64,000 nucleotides of DNA from Paraspadella gotoi (Eukaryota > Animalia > Chaetognatha): assembly GCA_051294375.1 (NCBI GenBank), contig CM119270.1, forward strand, positions 12,951,117-13,015,116, in the 5' to 3' direction. The notes beneath the pieces were generated by a model that did not search any database, was not told where the DNA came from, and worked only from the letters and a program-made list of their open reading frames with translations. Each line of letters begins with the position of its first letter. Positions within the stretch are counted from its first letter, which is position 1. A program made the position numbers and the translations under genes. Of this stretch, positions 1 to 37,100 are shown one piece after another.

Positions 1-292
1 TGTTCGGGTAATGAAAACTATATGTAAATTTACGACACGTGGCTGATAACGTATCGCATAGTATAAATTTAATGCAAACAGACCAAATGATATTTTAATA
101 TTAATCGAGCTTTCAAACCTGTAGTTACAAGTTCATCTCAGGGCCGGGTGAGGTACTCACACAGAGAACATAATTATGATTTCGCCGCTGAGATTCTCAA
201 CGCTTTGATTCTTCTTCGCTGACGGACGTTTCCATCTTTCAATTCTTCTCCGACTAGACCGTCTGTTACCTGAGATGGGTCCTCTTGTTTGA

Positions 293-366
<74 letters not shown>

Positions 367-397
367 TCCTTCCCCCCATCGTCCGCGCGTTATCCAG

Positions 398-25616
<25,219 letters not shown>

Positions 25617-27583
25617 CACAAATTTCGATTTATTTATATTTTTTATTGTTTTTTCCTAGTTCCCATTGGCGATAACCGTGTGATAACACTCCATGTGATA
25701 TGACGGAATAAGTTTAAGTATTCAAAAATATACTCAACCACCGTAAGGTACTTACATTTTTGCAAATTATATTTCATCGTGAAGTTGATGAATTCCGTTT
25801 TTTGATGTATTCTAAGCGACTTTTGTTAATTTTACATTTACTTACACTTAGCTTTTTAGCAAGTGATTATCGATGATTTCAGTGTTAGACGCAAATTTTC
25901 TTGTTCATTTCTGACCATCACGCTTCCAGCTCTTGTATATAATGAAATATTTATTGTAAATAATACTAGTGAACTGGTGGCTGCTTCATTATGTAGATTC
26001 ATTGCATGCGACTGTTTAGACTTGTGCGTCTGAAGGAGAAATAACCTTATGATTTTTCACGGTATTGTCATTAACCTTGGCATATTTTCTCAATTTTAAA
26101 AATAATGTATTTGCTGATTTTGTTACAACTATCCTTCAAGCGCCCAAAATGTTCTGTCAAAATATTTGTTATGATCTCAAGTTGAGGTCCCAGTTCGTGT
26201 CCTGAAATCAAATGTTTTTTATTGTTTGCGATTTAGATTAGCTCATGTCTTTATGTTTGTTTCCCAGTTCTTTCAAGAATGTTTTTTTTACTTTTTACGA
26301 CAGAAGCTGGTATCTTAATTGCAAAACTTGATTTGCTTTTTTTTTTTACTAAATAACTAAATGTCCTTGTTGAATTTTTTTGTGATTACTTGAAAAGCGA
26401 AATATACGTACAATTAGGGGCTTAAAATAAATACTAGTATAGATAGATATAAAAAATTGAAAACGACTAATTTACGTTTATCTACGTAAAAAAAGTTAAA
26501 TTTCTTATCACCGCTTCAAAAATTATCTTATCTCATCAATAAATACACTGCGGCGCAAAAAAAAGAAGCCACTAGTTACACACCGAGAATAATTATATTT
26601 GATGGCTGAATTTTATAAAAATATAAAAACATAAGATAAAATTTATAGAAAACTGAAGCGATTGGTTCAAGTCTTATTAAAATCGACAAAAAGCGTTAAA
26701 AATTTATAAGACCTCAAAATTGATTGATACAAAAAATCTGATAAAAACAAATTAATTTAACAAAAAAAAAATATAATATTAACTGAACAAATTTAATATT
26801 AAATATCTGTAAATAGCCATAACCGATGAAATTTAAATGCGAATATATATAATGTTAAAATAATCTATCATGAGCATAGATTATAGTATTAAAATTTTTT
26901 TAATAAAAAAATATTTTTTTTAAAGGTACGAGCCGAATAAAAATTATTGGCAAAATGCTCTTCAATGCCCCCTTGCCGAATGATGGAGCAGCGAATCTCT
27001 CTCTCTCTGGCTAGAAGACTCAGTCAGGATCGGGATCGACAAAAACGACGATAATTTGAACGATGGATTAATTGTTTAAAGTTTCGGTTAGGGATAAGGT
27101 TAGATGAGGGGATAGAGATTAGGGTTAAGGATTAAGGTTATGGATTAGGGTTCTTTCCCTACGCTACAAAAAACACTACAACAAAAAAATTTTAGTTTGC
27201 TCAGTGACTCATTAGTCAGGATCAAGATCAACAGAAACAACGAAGATAATTTGAAGGATGGAGGAAGCAGTTGCGACGGTGAAAAAACGGTATAAAATGG
27301 TATAAAACGATGATGGAAGCAGCAAAAGATAAGATTTTTGTGCATGTTTGATTCCGCTGCTTCAGGAGCCGCAGCAAGGGGGCTTCTTTGAAAAAAATGC
27401 CAAATCATTATATTATTATATAAAAAAAAATTTAAAAAATGATAAAATCATCAAAAGATGATGATGATGATGACGATTGTTTATGGTTTTTTTAATGTTT
27501 AACCTGCTTATCATAAAAATATTTAAAAAATAATTATTAGAAAAGTTTGAAATGAATTTTCAACAACGATTTTATTTTATAAA

Positions 27584-27626
27584 AACGGACATGTTTCGGC
27601 TTAACTACAAGCCTTCATCAGCATTA
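27584..27626 (-). ncRNA. Minimal type-I hammerhead ribozyme (Penelope-type)
   Basis: Minus strand AAUG-CUGAUGA-A-GGCUUGUAGUUAAGCC-GAAA-CAUG-UC-CGUU: intact core, stem II, palindromic stem III ACAUGU. Confidence 0.8.
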
Positions 27627-27672
27627 AAAAAGTTAGTGAATTTGAAACAAATTATGTGCATAAAGAAAGAGT

Positions 27673-27717
<45 letters not shown>

Positions 27718-28414
27718 CAAAGTTTCCAACACAGAGTTGAGAAGGGATAGTGGTCAATTGTGAGGACAGATTAAGGTGAAACAAATAGAGCCAGTTTGTG
27801 AAAAGAAATTGAAATGGTGAGAGAGAGAGAGAGAGAGAAGGAGAGAGAGAGTGAGAGAACTTGAAAAATAATACATTGTGCAATGTACAACAAAGATAAA
27901 TATTGTTTAAAACTTAATGATTAGTGTTAACAATTAACTACTGTGAATAAATAAGTTAGTGAAGATGAAATTGTGAAATTTGAAATGTGAAGGAAATAGA
28001 GGTGAGGGATAGTTAAGCAATTATTATTATAGTGAAGTATAAGAGTTAAGATAGAGCTCAAAGTGAGCTGGCCCCCCTTGGCTTGTGCAAATGAAAGGCC
28101 TGATCGATGTGGTCGGGTCATTGACGTGTCAGTGGCTGTGAGGACAAAATCGTTGAGCCTATGTGTGCGGCGTTAGGGAGGCTTCCTTGCGGGAAGATAC
28201 CCAAGGCTACTCTGATGTCTCTCTGGCCTGGTACGCCTGCCGACTGCCCTCTTCTCGCCTGCTGACGAGGTGGGCGGCTTTCCGTTCTTGCCGCTTTTGC
28301 GACAGGAGTGGTGGACTCTCCTTCCTCCTGCAGCCGTCGCTTTGGGCGGCGCTCACTCCTTTCTTTCTTTCTTTCTTTATGCACATAATTTGTTTCAAAT
28401 TCACTAACTTTTTT

Positions 28415-28456
28415 AATGCTGATGAAGGCTTGTAGTCTAGCCGAAACATGTCCGTT
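28415..28456 (+). ncRNA. Minimal type-I hammerhead ribozyme (Penelope-type)
   Basis: AAUG CUGAUGA A GGCUUGUAGUCUAGCC GAAA CAUG UC CGUU; predicted cleavage after C28452. Confidence 0.8.
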
Positions 28457-29146
28457 TTTATAAAATAAAATCGTTGTTGAAAATTCATTTCAAACTTTTC
28501 TAATAATTATTACACAACGAAAAGAAAGGATTATACCACAATGTCTAAAAATAATTATATATTGTGTAAACAACTTTTTATGAGCTATCTGAATCTGGTT
28601 TAAAAATTAAAAATTTTTCAAAAATATTTTTGGCCTCTCCTATTTATAAATAAATATTAAAAATTGTTTTATATAATTAAAAATATATAAATTTTTGTTT
28701 GAGCATGTACTCGCTCTAAGTTTTTGACTCACCCCATTGAGTGCGGCTACCCCTACAGTATCAACCATTGTTAACCTAAAGTAAAAAAAAACAGTTGAAC
28801 GATAACTTACCTAAGGTTATTTTCAAAATTTTTTCTTATTTAAGTTTTTTTTTATGGTATCTCGTGTTGAAACAAACATTCCATTATAATTTTATCAATT
28901 CTATATTATAATCATCAGTCAGAAAAAAAATGCTATCAATTTTAACCTTTAAAAATAACTTTTTACACAATTTCATTTTGAGACTAAATTTAAAGTCTGA
29001 ACGAATGCAAATATTTTTTATACCAATCGATAGCTCTTTTAAAAGGCTATATTTATAATGTGGTATTCCTTTCGTTTCGTTGTGTTTTGGTGTTTTAGCG
29101 AAAACAAAGTTTAGAGTTTGTACTACAACGATTTTTTATTTAATAT

Positions 29147-29190
29147 AAACAGACATGTTTCGACTCTTGTTCGAGCCTTCATCAGTGTTT
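29147..29190 (-). ncRNA. Minimal hammerhead ribozyme
   Basis: Minus strand AAACA CUGAUGA A GGCUC GAACAA GAGUC GAAA CAUG UC UGUUU; perfect stem I AAACA/UGUUU. Confidence 0.85.
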
Positions 29191-29478
29191 GACAGAATAT
29201 CAAAAAACTTTTGCAAAAGTAAATGTGTGAGAGAGAGAGAGAGAGAGAGACAGAGTTAAAGTTTCCAACAAAGTGGTGAGACAGAATAGTGGTCAGAGGT
29301 GAGGACAGGTGAAGGCAAGGACAGATTGAGTGAGTTTTGAAAAGAAAGTGAAATGGTCAAACAGAGAGAGAGAGTTTGACCATTTCATTTTCTTTTCAAA
29401 ACTCACTCAATCTGTCCTTGCCTTCACCTGTCCTCACCTCTGACCACTATTCTGTCTCACCACTTTGTTGGAAACTAA

Positions 29479-29516
<38 letters not shown>

Positions 29517-29549
29517 TTTACTTTTGCAAAAGTTTTTTGATAGTCTGTC

Positions 29550-29593
29550 AAACACTGATGAAGGCTCGAACAAGAGTCGAAACATGTCTGTTT
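29550..29593 (+). ncRNA. Minimal hammerhead ribozyme
   Basis: AAACA CUGAUGA A GGCUC GAACAA GAGUC GAAA CAUG UC UGUUU. Confidence 0.85.
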
Positions 29594-29865
29594 ATATTAA
29601 ATAAAAAATCGTTGTAGTACAAACTCTAAACTTTGTTTTCGCTAAAAGGCTATATTTTTAATGTATATTTTTTTTAAATTAAAAAACCTTAAAAATATAA
29701 TAATCGTGCAAAAAAAAATGTTAAAAATTAATACAAAAATTAAAAAAAAAAAACAAATAATTGATCTAATAATAATTATATATAATAATAATAGATTGAT
29801 ATAATAATAATAGTGAAGAGACAGTAATTATTGTTATGAGTTAGTGATAGAACCGTTCAATATAA

Positions 29866-30045
29866 GCAGTCCCTGAGCTTCGGATCAGGCTCTAACACCA
29901 TGTTACAGGCGGGTTAAGCGCCCCGTCCCTCTTAACTGCCAGACGACCACCGGGCTAGAACCCCGGACCTTTGGGTTGGGAGGCGAATGACTTGCCTCCG
30001 GCACCAATGGCCGCTGATGAACGGTTGGTGGGTTTTAGTCCACCA
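29866..30045 (-). mobile_element. tRNA-derived SINE-like element (tRNA head 29944-30013)
   Basis: Minus strand: acceptor-like stem CGGCCAU/GUGGUCG, A-box-like TGGTGCCGGAGG, T arm/B-box CCGGGGTTCTAGCCCGG; anticodon arm does not pair; GC-rich structured body follows. Confidence 0.6.
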
Positions 30046-30441
30046 TAATAGATTAATATAATTAATGTAATTGATTAATGTGATAAATTGATAAAATAGT
30101 AAATGATTGATGTAATAGTAATGGATTGATATAATAGTAAAGAGTAATACATCTCGCATAAGTCCGGCTTTAATTAATCTGGCGAGTTAAAAAGAAATAG
30201 TAGTGCATTTAAAGCTAACTCGTGGCTACTTTTTTTGCGCCGCAGTGTATCATGAGTTAAAATACATTCAATAGACTCAAAACCTCATCAAATACTCCGC
30301 GACCAAAAAAAATAAGTTTGTTAATAATTTATTTAATAAGTAAATTGCCATACATTGCCTCTGATAAGCAAGGCTCTGGCCAACCCATTGCACACTCCAA
30401 GATATATTATATAGCGGTAGACGACAAAAAAAATGAAGGTA

Positions 30442-31567
30442 TTAGCAGTTGTAGGCATCCGGTTTAAAGTTTAGATCGAGCCAATTGTTGACAGCGTTGG
30501 AATTGAGAGAGCTCGGTCGTTCTCCCGACGGCCGTGGCGGTGGCGGCGGAAGGTGCTGGCGAAGATGATGCATCGACGCCCGGTGGGGAGACAGGTGATG
30601 ATGACTTTCCGTCGACGAACCCTGGCTACCGTCAGCCCCGCTCAATCGTCGAGCGGAAGAGTTACCGCGCACGGGGCCGTCGCCGTTCATCGCGAGTATC
30701 CGAAGCCTCTCCGTCGCTCGAGGAGAATCCTGATGAGTAGCCTGTCCAAGGTTTTCATTCTCGTCGTCCTCATCGACAGCTTCCACTTCCGCGGCGAACT
30801 CCTCGTCAAAATCTTCGGTTAGACTTGTCGAATATTCCGAGTTTGTTTCTGATTGGCGTTCAAGGCGCTCATTCATCTAAGGTAAAGAAAATTTTGGTTT
30901 TGCAAAACGACCAATAGTGAACCTGTAGGCTTCGCTGAATAATACCGCCGTTTTGTAGGATACAATTTGTTGATGCAGCTCGTTTAGCTGATGGAGAAGA
31001 GCCAGATCGGCGTTTCGAAGACAGACCATTTCCTTCTTTAACAATCCTATCGAGTCTCTCAGCGATTTTTCCTTCGAGGAGGCAGTTCCTGTCGGAGCTG
31101 ATAGATGGATTATGGCACAAGTTAACGAAATATATGGAAACAAAGAAAACCCTTGAAATCATTTTAAATGCTTGCCAGAATCATTGTTAGCGGCTGCCCC
31201 CATGTTTTCATTTTCTCCTTGAATCGAAGAAAAGTTAATGTCTCTCGGCCGTTGAAGAGCAGGTGGAAGGGGAGGCAATTCCTAAGAAATAAACTTTACT
31301 TAAAGCGGCAAATTTGCAAAAAAATAGTAAATAAAGAAAGGTGAATCTAACTTGAAAGTTCGATGGGTTTAAGGCGATTGTCGGAAGCGGCGGTGGCGTT
31401 GCTGTCGTGTTTGTGTTATTGGAAGCGGCGCTGAGATCGGCATCTAGACCGTCGACCGCCTCCGCAGAACCGCGCGATGGAAACTGCGAAGGCTGCAAAG
31501 AGTTGTTGAGGTCAGACTGCTGAAAGTTGACGTGGATGGACGGGGATCCGTCATCGGATGTCGCCAT
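30442..31567 (-). CDS. FAM89/LURAP-family adaptor protein (4 exons)
   Basis: ELPPLPPAL and SIGLLKKEMVCLRNADLALLHQLNELHQQIVSYK match the FAM89/LURAP1 LPPLP and LRKEMVGLRQLDMSLLCQL signatures. The exon 2/3 junction needs a GC donor and probably a 1-nt indel. Confidence 0.75.
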
Positions 31568-32636
31568 TGGAGGATTCCACGTTTCGTAGGGCCATGAGTG
31601 AGAGGAGAATTTAGGGTCTCAACTGTCAAAGAACGCAACGGTCAACGAGGTCGACCACAAAGTATCGGTCTATGTCCAACAACCCGATCTTTAGGTACAA
31701 TGTTGGACAATAATGCCGCGAACACATGATGCTTTAAAGAGGTTCATCCTAAAATAGGCAAAATATTTCATAAAAAGCAACAAAAATTAGGGAAAAAAAT
31801 AAAAAAATTACATCCATACAATGTACAAAATATTTCACCACTTTTTAATGCTTAAAAAATAGGCAAAGGTGAAGAAACCCGAAATTTAAACATTTATGAT
31901 AAGTAGTCCTAATTTGGTAAAAAGAGTATCCATTTTCGGCAAGATGACCTATAAGGCAAAGAAAAAAAAATCAAAGAAATAAAGAACTTAAGTTTTGAAA
32001 TACAAAAACAGGTATCAGATGCGGTAAAACAATAAATAAAAATAGAATAATAATGAAAACAAACGTCATCTTACCAACTGGACTAAACAGCAATTACCTA
32101 TCAATTGTTAACATCAAGAATAAGACCCAGGAAATAGTTCTTAATTAAATTCTCGTTTAATTATAACCATTTGCCCATACAGGGAAAAGCCTATAAAAAT
32201 TTTAGAAATAAAAGAAAAATATCAGAAATACCGTCGCTTTGCCACTCCGAAATCGCTGTCCCTACAAAAATTCCAAAACAATGCTACCAGAGATGGTATA
32301 ACCCTGAAGAATTCCTGTTACAATGGTTACAACAGCTGGAGTTATATTTTTCTCAAGTTTTAGGCGTGTCAAGGCGTTGGAAAAAAGCCTGGGACCAGGC
32401 ATAATCATAATGTGGCGAAAAAATAATAAACTGTAAAGGAAGATGACAATTTATTCGTGATGTTAAATCGGTGGTGGTTTTAAATAAGGTCGTTTAAAAA
32501 AATACCAGCTTTTATTTTTTTCTCATTACTCCCTTTGAAAGTTAACTAAGCTACAAAAATATACAAAACGAGATGATTGTTTGCTAGAGAAATTGCGGGG
32601 AAAAAAGTCAAACAAGTTTTTTTTTTTAAAAAAGGA

Positions 32637-33277
32637 TCATCTGTAAGTGTGGCCGGAAAAACCTCTAGTTCCATCAGGGCCATTGGGCTGCCTCACTACG
32701 TTAGAGTTCAAGCGAAGATTCTCCATTCTGTTGGTGAGACAGCCTCTCCTCAACTCTTCCTCGGTCCGGGAAGGCATTAGCGGCGGGTTCGCGGAGTGGG
32801 ACTGTTGGGGAGAATAAGGGGCGGCGGGTAAGGCGGCACGAGTTGTGCGAGAGATGGCGCGGGGGGAGGGTAAGGTGGCACTAAAGAGGGGATGGGGGGG
32901 ACGGCAGTTTGATCCTCTGGGTTGGAGTAAGTCGGGCCTAGGATTCTCCGTCGGGCCTCGGCGTATTCGGCTTCTCGCTGCGCCAATGTCTTAGGCTTTG
33001 CCGCCGTAGACGACCCCGGAAGTGACTCGGCTTCGGAGCCGTTGGCAGTGAGGGTTGCGGAAACCTTCTTCATGGTTACATCATTGGATGGATTGCTGAG
33101 AGGTTCGCGTTTCAAAATACGGATCTGCGGTTTGTACTGAGTCCGGTGCGTGTCTTCCGTCACGATAACCGATTCGCTCGACTTAGAATTCCCTTTTGAA
33201 TTCGACGTTGCTTTTTTCGTGGGAGCGTCGAAATCCTTGAAGTCTTCCCAACTGTCTAGAATCTCATTGGAAGCCAT
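32637..33277 (-). CDS. SZRD1: SUZ RNA-binding domain protein (one apparent frameshift near 32820)
   Basis: ILDSWED, YKPQIRILKR and KTLAQREAEYAEARRRILG in one frame; SUZ-C motif VVRQPNGPDGTRGF in a shifted frame ending at 32637. Confidence 0.9.
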
Positions 33278-33904
33278 GGTTGACAGTGACGAGCGATTAA
33301 ACTGTGTAAATATAAACAAACAAACATATATAAACTACCTACATTAATGTAATTTAGTGTCATTTTTAAAGTTAATCTTAAAGAAATAGCTGGAAAACGA
33401 TTATTTGCGAAAAGAAATTGGGAAAACATAAATTAGCAGAATTCCAAAAAAAATTTAGGGCAATTCGCGATAATCACAATAATTAACAAAAGGCGATTTC
33501 TCGATAAAAGTTTTGGCTGGTTAGAATTACTGATTGATGAACTAATCGCCATTTCCCTCTTGATGCCGACCTAGTGGCGAGGATGAAAAAACAGCGATGC
33601 TGCTGCTGTTAATCAATAATTAAGGAGTTATTCGCAATAATTTCAGTGTGGAATTGAATCAATAACTAGCTTATCAACAGCTGTATTATAAAACTATTTT
33701 GTTATTATTTTAAAAATAATACATTCATCGCAGAGGCGATAAGAGACGCAATTCACCGGCTGCTGCTACTTTGTTCGAAATCAGCGGCAGGAAACGCATT
33801 ACTCATGCCATTAGTGAAAAAAAGTAAAGGCTGCAGCAGCAGCAGCATATATTTCCTAATTTGGGGAAAGAATTAATCAGTAATCAGCGGCAGCGAAATT
33901 TATT

Positions 33905-33965
33905 TGTAATTTCACTGCATTAATATAACTGTTATTAACAGTTATATTAATGCAGTGAAATTACA
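33905..33965. repeat. Perfect 61-bp palindrome (30-bp arms); copy at 42836-42896
   Basis: TGTAATTTCACTGCATTAATATAACTGTTA-T-TAACAGTTATATTAATGCAGTGAAATTACA. Confidence 0.95.
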
Positions 33966-34746
33966 GTGTTAACAAACTCATCATCATCGGGTGCATCAGC
34001 AGATGCCGTAGCAGATGCAGCGGGGGAACGAAAGGCGTGGGTCGAATTGCAGATTTCTCATTGGTCGCCTCATGTAAATAGATGAACCAATTAGATCTGA
34101 CTTTCTCTTAGAAAAAAAGGCTCTCTCACATTCTGGAATTTTGTCACTTACGGTCACTTAATATCACTTCGGGTAATTAGTACTTCGGTTGTCCAAAACT
34201 TGAAATTTGGAATGCTGGGTGATAATTTCTTGAATTTGTCTTTTTTCATGACCAAAAATTCTTCTATTCCACAACTTGTTCCAGTCGCCAACTCGCGGGG
34301 AGGCTGACCGAACGGAAGGCTGTAAGCTGAATCCTTCCAAATCTGCTGGGACAAACCTTTTTTTCTGCTTTAATAGAAAGAAGTTATTACATTATTACAT
34401 TTTTTTTTTCAATTTTAGAATTTAACGAATGATCCAGATCGTACTTTCTCACCCTATTGTCCCCGCTAAAAGTCATTAAAATTTCTGTCTCATCCGCGTC
34501 ACGAAAGTTAGCTGCGGCGACGAAGTCGTCGTCTTCCTTCGCCGTCGACGGCTCCACCACGGGGAATTTCGTGACGCGGCGACGGCGACCGCCACAACGA
34601 GACGCCGTCGACTCGACCGCCACTGAGGCCCACAGACCAAGCAAGAAATTCAGTCAGTCATCTTCGGTCTTTCACATTATTGTTCTGTTATTTCGTTCTG
34701 TTAATTAGCTCTTATTTTGGTCACAGGTGTCTCGCTGACACCTGGG

Positions 34747-36450
34747 ATGACGACGATGTCGCCAGGGGGCGTGGCGGGGTCCTCGCCCGCAGAATTGAAG
34801 GAGATGGGGAACAAGTACTACGCTCAAAGGAAATACGACGAGGCACTGGAGTGTTACACGTGAGATTAACTTTACTTTAATTTATTTTGACAATTTTAAT
34901 ATGAGTTAGTCGACACATTCAGCGCCGCTATCTCAAAAAACCCGACCGTACCGACATATTTTACCAACCGGGCTCTCTGCTATCTCAAGAAATACCAGTG
35001 GGACCTCGTCATTAAGGATTGTCGACGGGCTCTTGATCTGGACCCCAACCTCGTGAAAGCCCATTTCTTTATGGGTCAAGCACTACAGGTTAGCTTTCGA
35101 AAAAGGATCTCGGTGTTAAAAATGTGAAATATTTGTTCAGCCTAACGAGTCTTCATTGTAGGAGCTGGACTCCATGGACGAGTGTGTTGCGTGCTTGCAA
35201 AGGGCGTCGGATTTGGCCAAAGACAACAAGCAGCACTTTGGGGACGACATTGCTATGGCAACAAGAATAGCCAAGAGGAAGCGCTGGAACGCTGCCGGTA
35301 GCTATTGTTGTGCATCGAGAGCTGTTTTCGGCGGTCAACGCATTCACTTTTTTCTTGCTCAACTTTTTCACATTAAGTTGCTCTTCCAATTTCATTTCTT
35401 TCTTAGAGGAGAAGAGAATAACAGAGGAGATCGAACTACAGTCGTTTTTGAACCGCCTCATCCAAGAAGAGACTGAGCGACAAATCCAAAAGCTTCGACT
35501 CGACCTCGCCGACGCGGCCCCGCAGTCGGAGATGCTCGCTGACGCGCTAAAAACGGCACGAACGGCGGCGCCCGTAACAGCGTCCATCGATCCGGTCGAG
35601 AACGTGGTTACTGACGCCGGAGACGGCGGCGACGCCGAAAACTTTAAAAGCCCCCTGGCGACGACGCCGCTTTGTGGCGACAAGTCGGACAAGGCGTCGG
35701 AGGCTGATGGAAAAAAAGAAGGGAAAAAGGACGATTCGCCGCACACAGAGCCTGACGACGACGAAAAAGACGACGTAAACGAGGACATTGATCATGAAAT
35801 CCGGGAGGGTAACGAAGGACGTGAATCGGACGGGGAAGACGCCGACGCTTCTACCAATTCGGAGGACACCACGAAGGAAGCGACGTCGACAACCGCTACG
35901 GTCGTCATGGCGACGGAGGCCTCCAAGTCGACGGACGTTCGTTCTCTGACGGAAAAGGATATTCAAGAGAAGATCGAGGAAATCAAGGTCCGATTCATCG
36001 GGAGAAGAGATCCCAGGCCGAAATGGTTAACTTTTTTGTCACATCCGGTTCCCGTCTTTTAGGCATACCACGCGAAGATGACGATGGATCTCAATTCGGT
36101 CTTCGCCCAAGTGGATGATCGACGAAAGAAGCGAGAAGTTCCCGACTTTTTGTGCGGAAAAATCAGTTTCGAGCTCTTGCGGGATCCCGTAATCACTCCC
36201 TCTGGCATCACCTACGACAGGTACAATCAATGCCTGACAAATGGTCTATATTTGAAAATCGTTTACGATAGCAATACAATTTACCGCTTAAAAATTTAGA
36301 AAAGACATAGAAGAGCACATTCAGCGTGTGGGTCACTTCGATCCGGTCACACGGGTCACCCTGACCCAGGAACAACTAATTCCCAACTTCGGCCTCAAGG
36401 AAGTCGTCGATCACTTCGTCGCCGAGAACGCTTGGGCCGTTGACTTTTGA
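34747..36450 (+). CDS. STUB1: CHIP E3 ubiquitin ligase (TPR + U-box)
   Basis: [88 protein letters not shown]. Confidence 0.95.
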
Positions 36451-37100
36451 TGAACCGAATTTTTCATAGCGCTCCAGCACTATCCTCCCTTGGATAAATA
36501 ATCCCAGACGCTTGAAAATTTTCACATATTCGACTTCCAAAATGTGAAATCATTTTCGTCGCGAATTACAATCTCGTGTCTCGAATCAAACCCGCCTTTT
36601 TCCTGAATCCCCCCTTCGAAAAATTGTTGGGTCGTTTTTTTGTTTCCCCCCCTCCCACTTGAGTATCAATGAAATTGCGTCAATTAAAACTTACAAGATT
36701 GATCGCTTCTGTATTGCACATATCTGTTTAATACACGTTATTCGGATCTATTTATATCCTAATTTTTACTAGTAGCAATATAAGTTTTTAATTTGTATGG
36801 AGTCAATTTTAGCTAATATTTTATTTCTTCTGATCACATTTCCCCTAATCAAATATGCTAGAGGCGTGGAAATACGTTTCCATCGCCAAAATGCCTGACC
36901 GGGTAGGAACTTGTTCAAAAAGAGGCTTAATAGTCAATTATCTCGTTTATTTACAACTGTGAATTAAATTGTATTGATTGTTCGATCTGCAGATGCTCGA
37001 GATCTTCCCTTGAAAGGAGATAAGCTCATTCCGAGGACCAACCCGACTTGTAACTTTGACCGGTGACACTAAAAGTCGTGATCTCACAACGATTTTCGGA

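Larger units (their letters stand above)
27530..28537. mobile_element. Penelope-like element remnant with inverted pseudo-LTR ends
   Basis: 27530-27669 is an inverted repeat of 28372-28510 and each arm has a minimal hammerhead; 3' tail acacaacgaaaagaaaggattatacc; degenerate flanking direct repeat (27516-27537 vs 28538-28558). Confidence 0.7.
29062..29643. mobile_element. Penelope-like palindromic insertion with 21-bp target-site duplication
   Basis: Near-perfect inverted repeat 29093-29362 / 29374-29647; TSD aaaaggctatatt(a/t)taatgt-type repeat at 29041-29061 and 29644-29664 (1 mismatch); tail ggtattcctttcgtttcgttgtgt shared with the other copies. Confidence 0.8.
26546..30247. mobile_element. 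Non-autonomous Tc1/mariner-type TIR element (3.7 kb) hosting nested insertions
   Basis: TA|CACTGCGGCGCAAAAAAAAGAAGCCACTAGTTA ... TAACTCGTGGCTACTTTTTTTGCGCCGCAGTG|TA: ~32-bp imperfect TIRs with TA duplication. No transposase ORF. Confidence 0.8.

Noticed and set aside
27083-27150. TTAGGG-like units (also 9323-9337)
   Set aside because: Short, degenerate and internal; not a telomere array.
29944-30013. Functional tRNA gene
   Set aside because: Anticodon arm does not pair and no poly-T terminator follows; better explained as a SINE head.
30012-30045. CTGATGA as another hammerhead core
   Set aside because: No GAAA/stem III downstream.
33563-33579. CTCF-like motif (CCACTAGGTCGGCA on minus)
   Set aside because: Needs an insertion relative to consensus; single weak instance.
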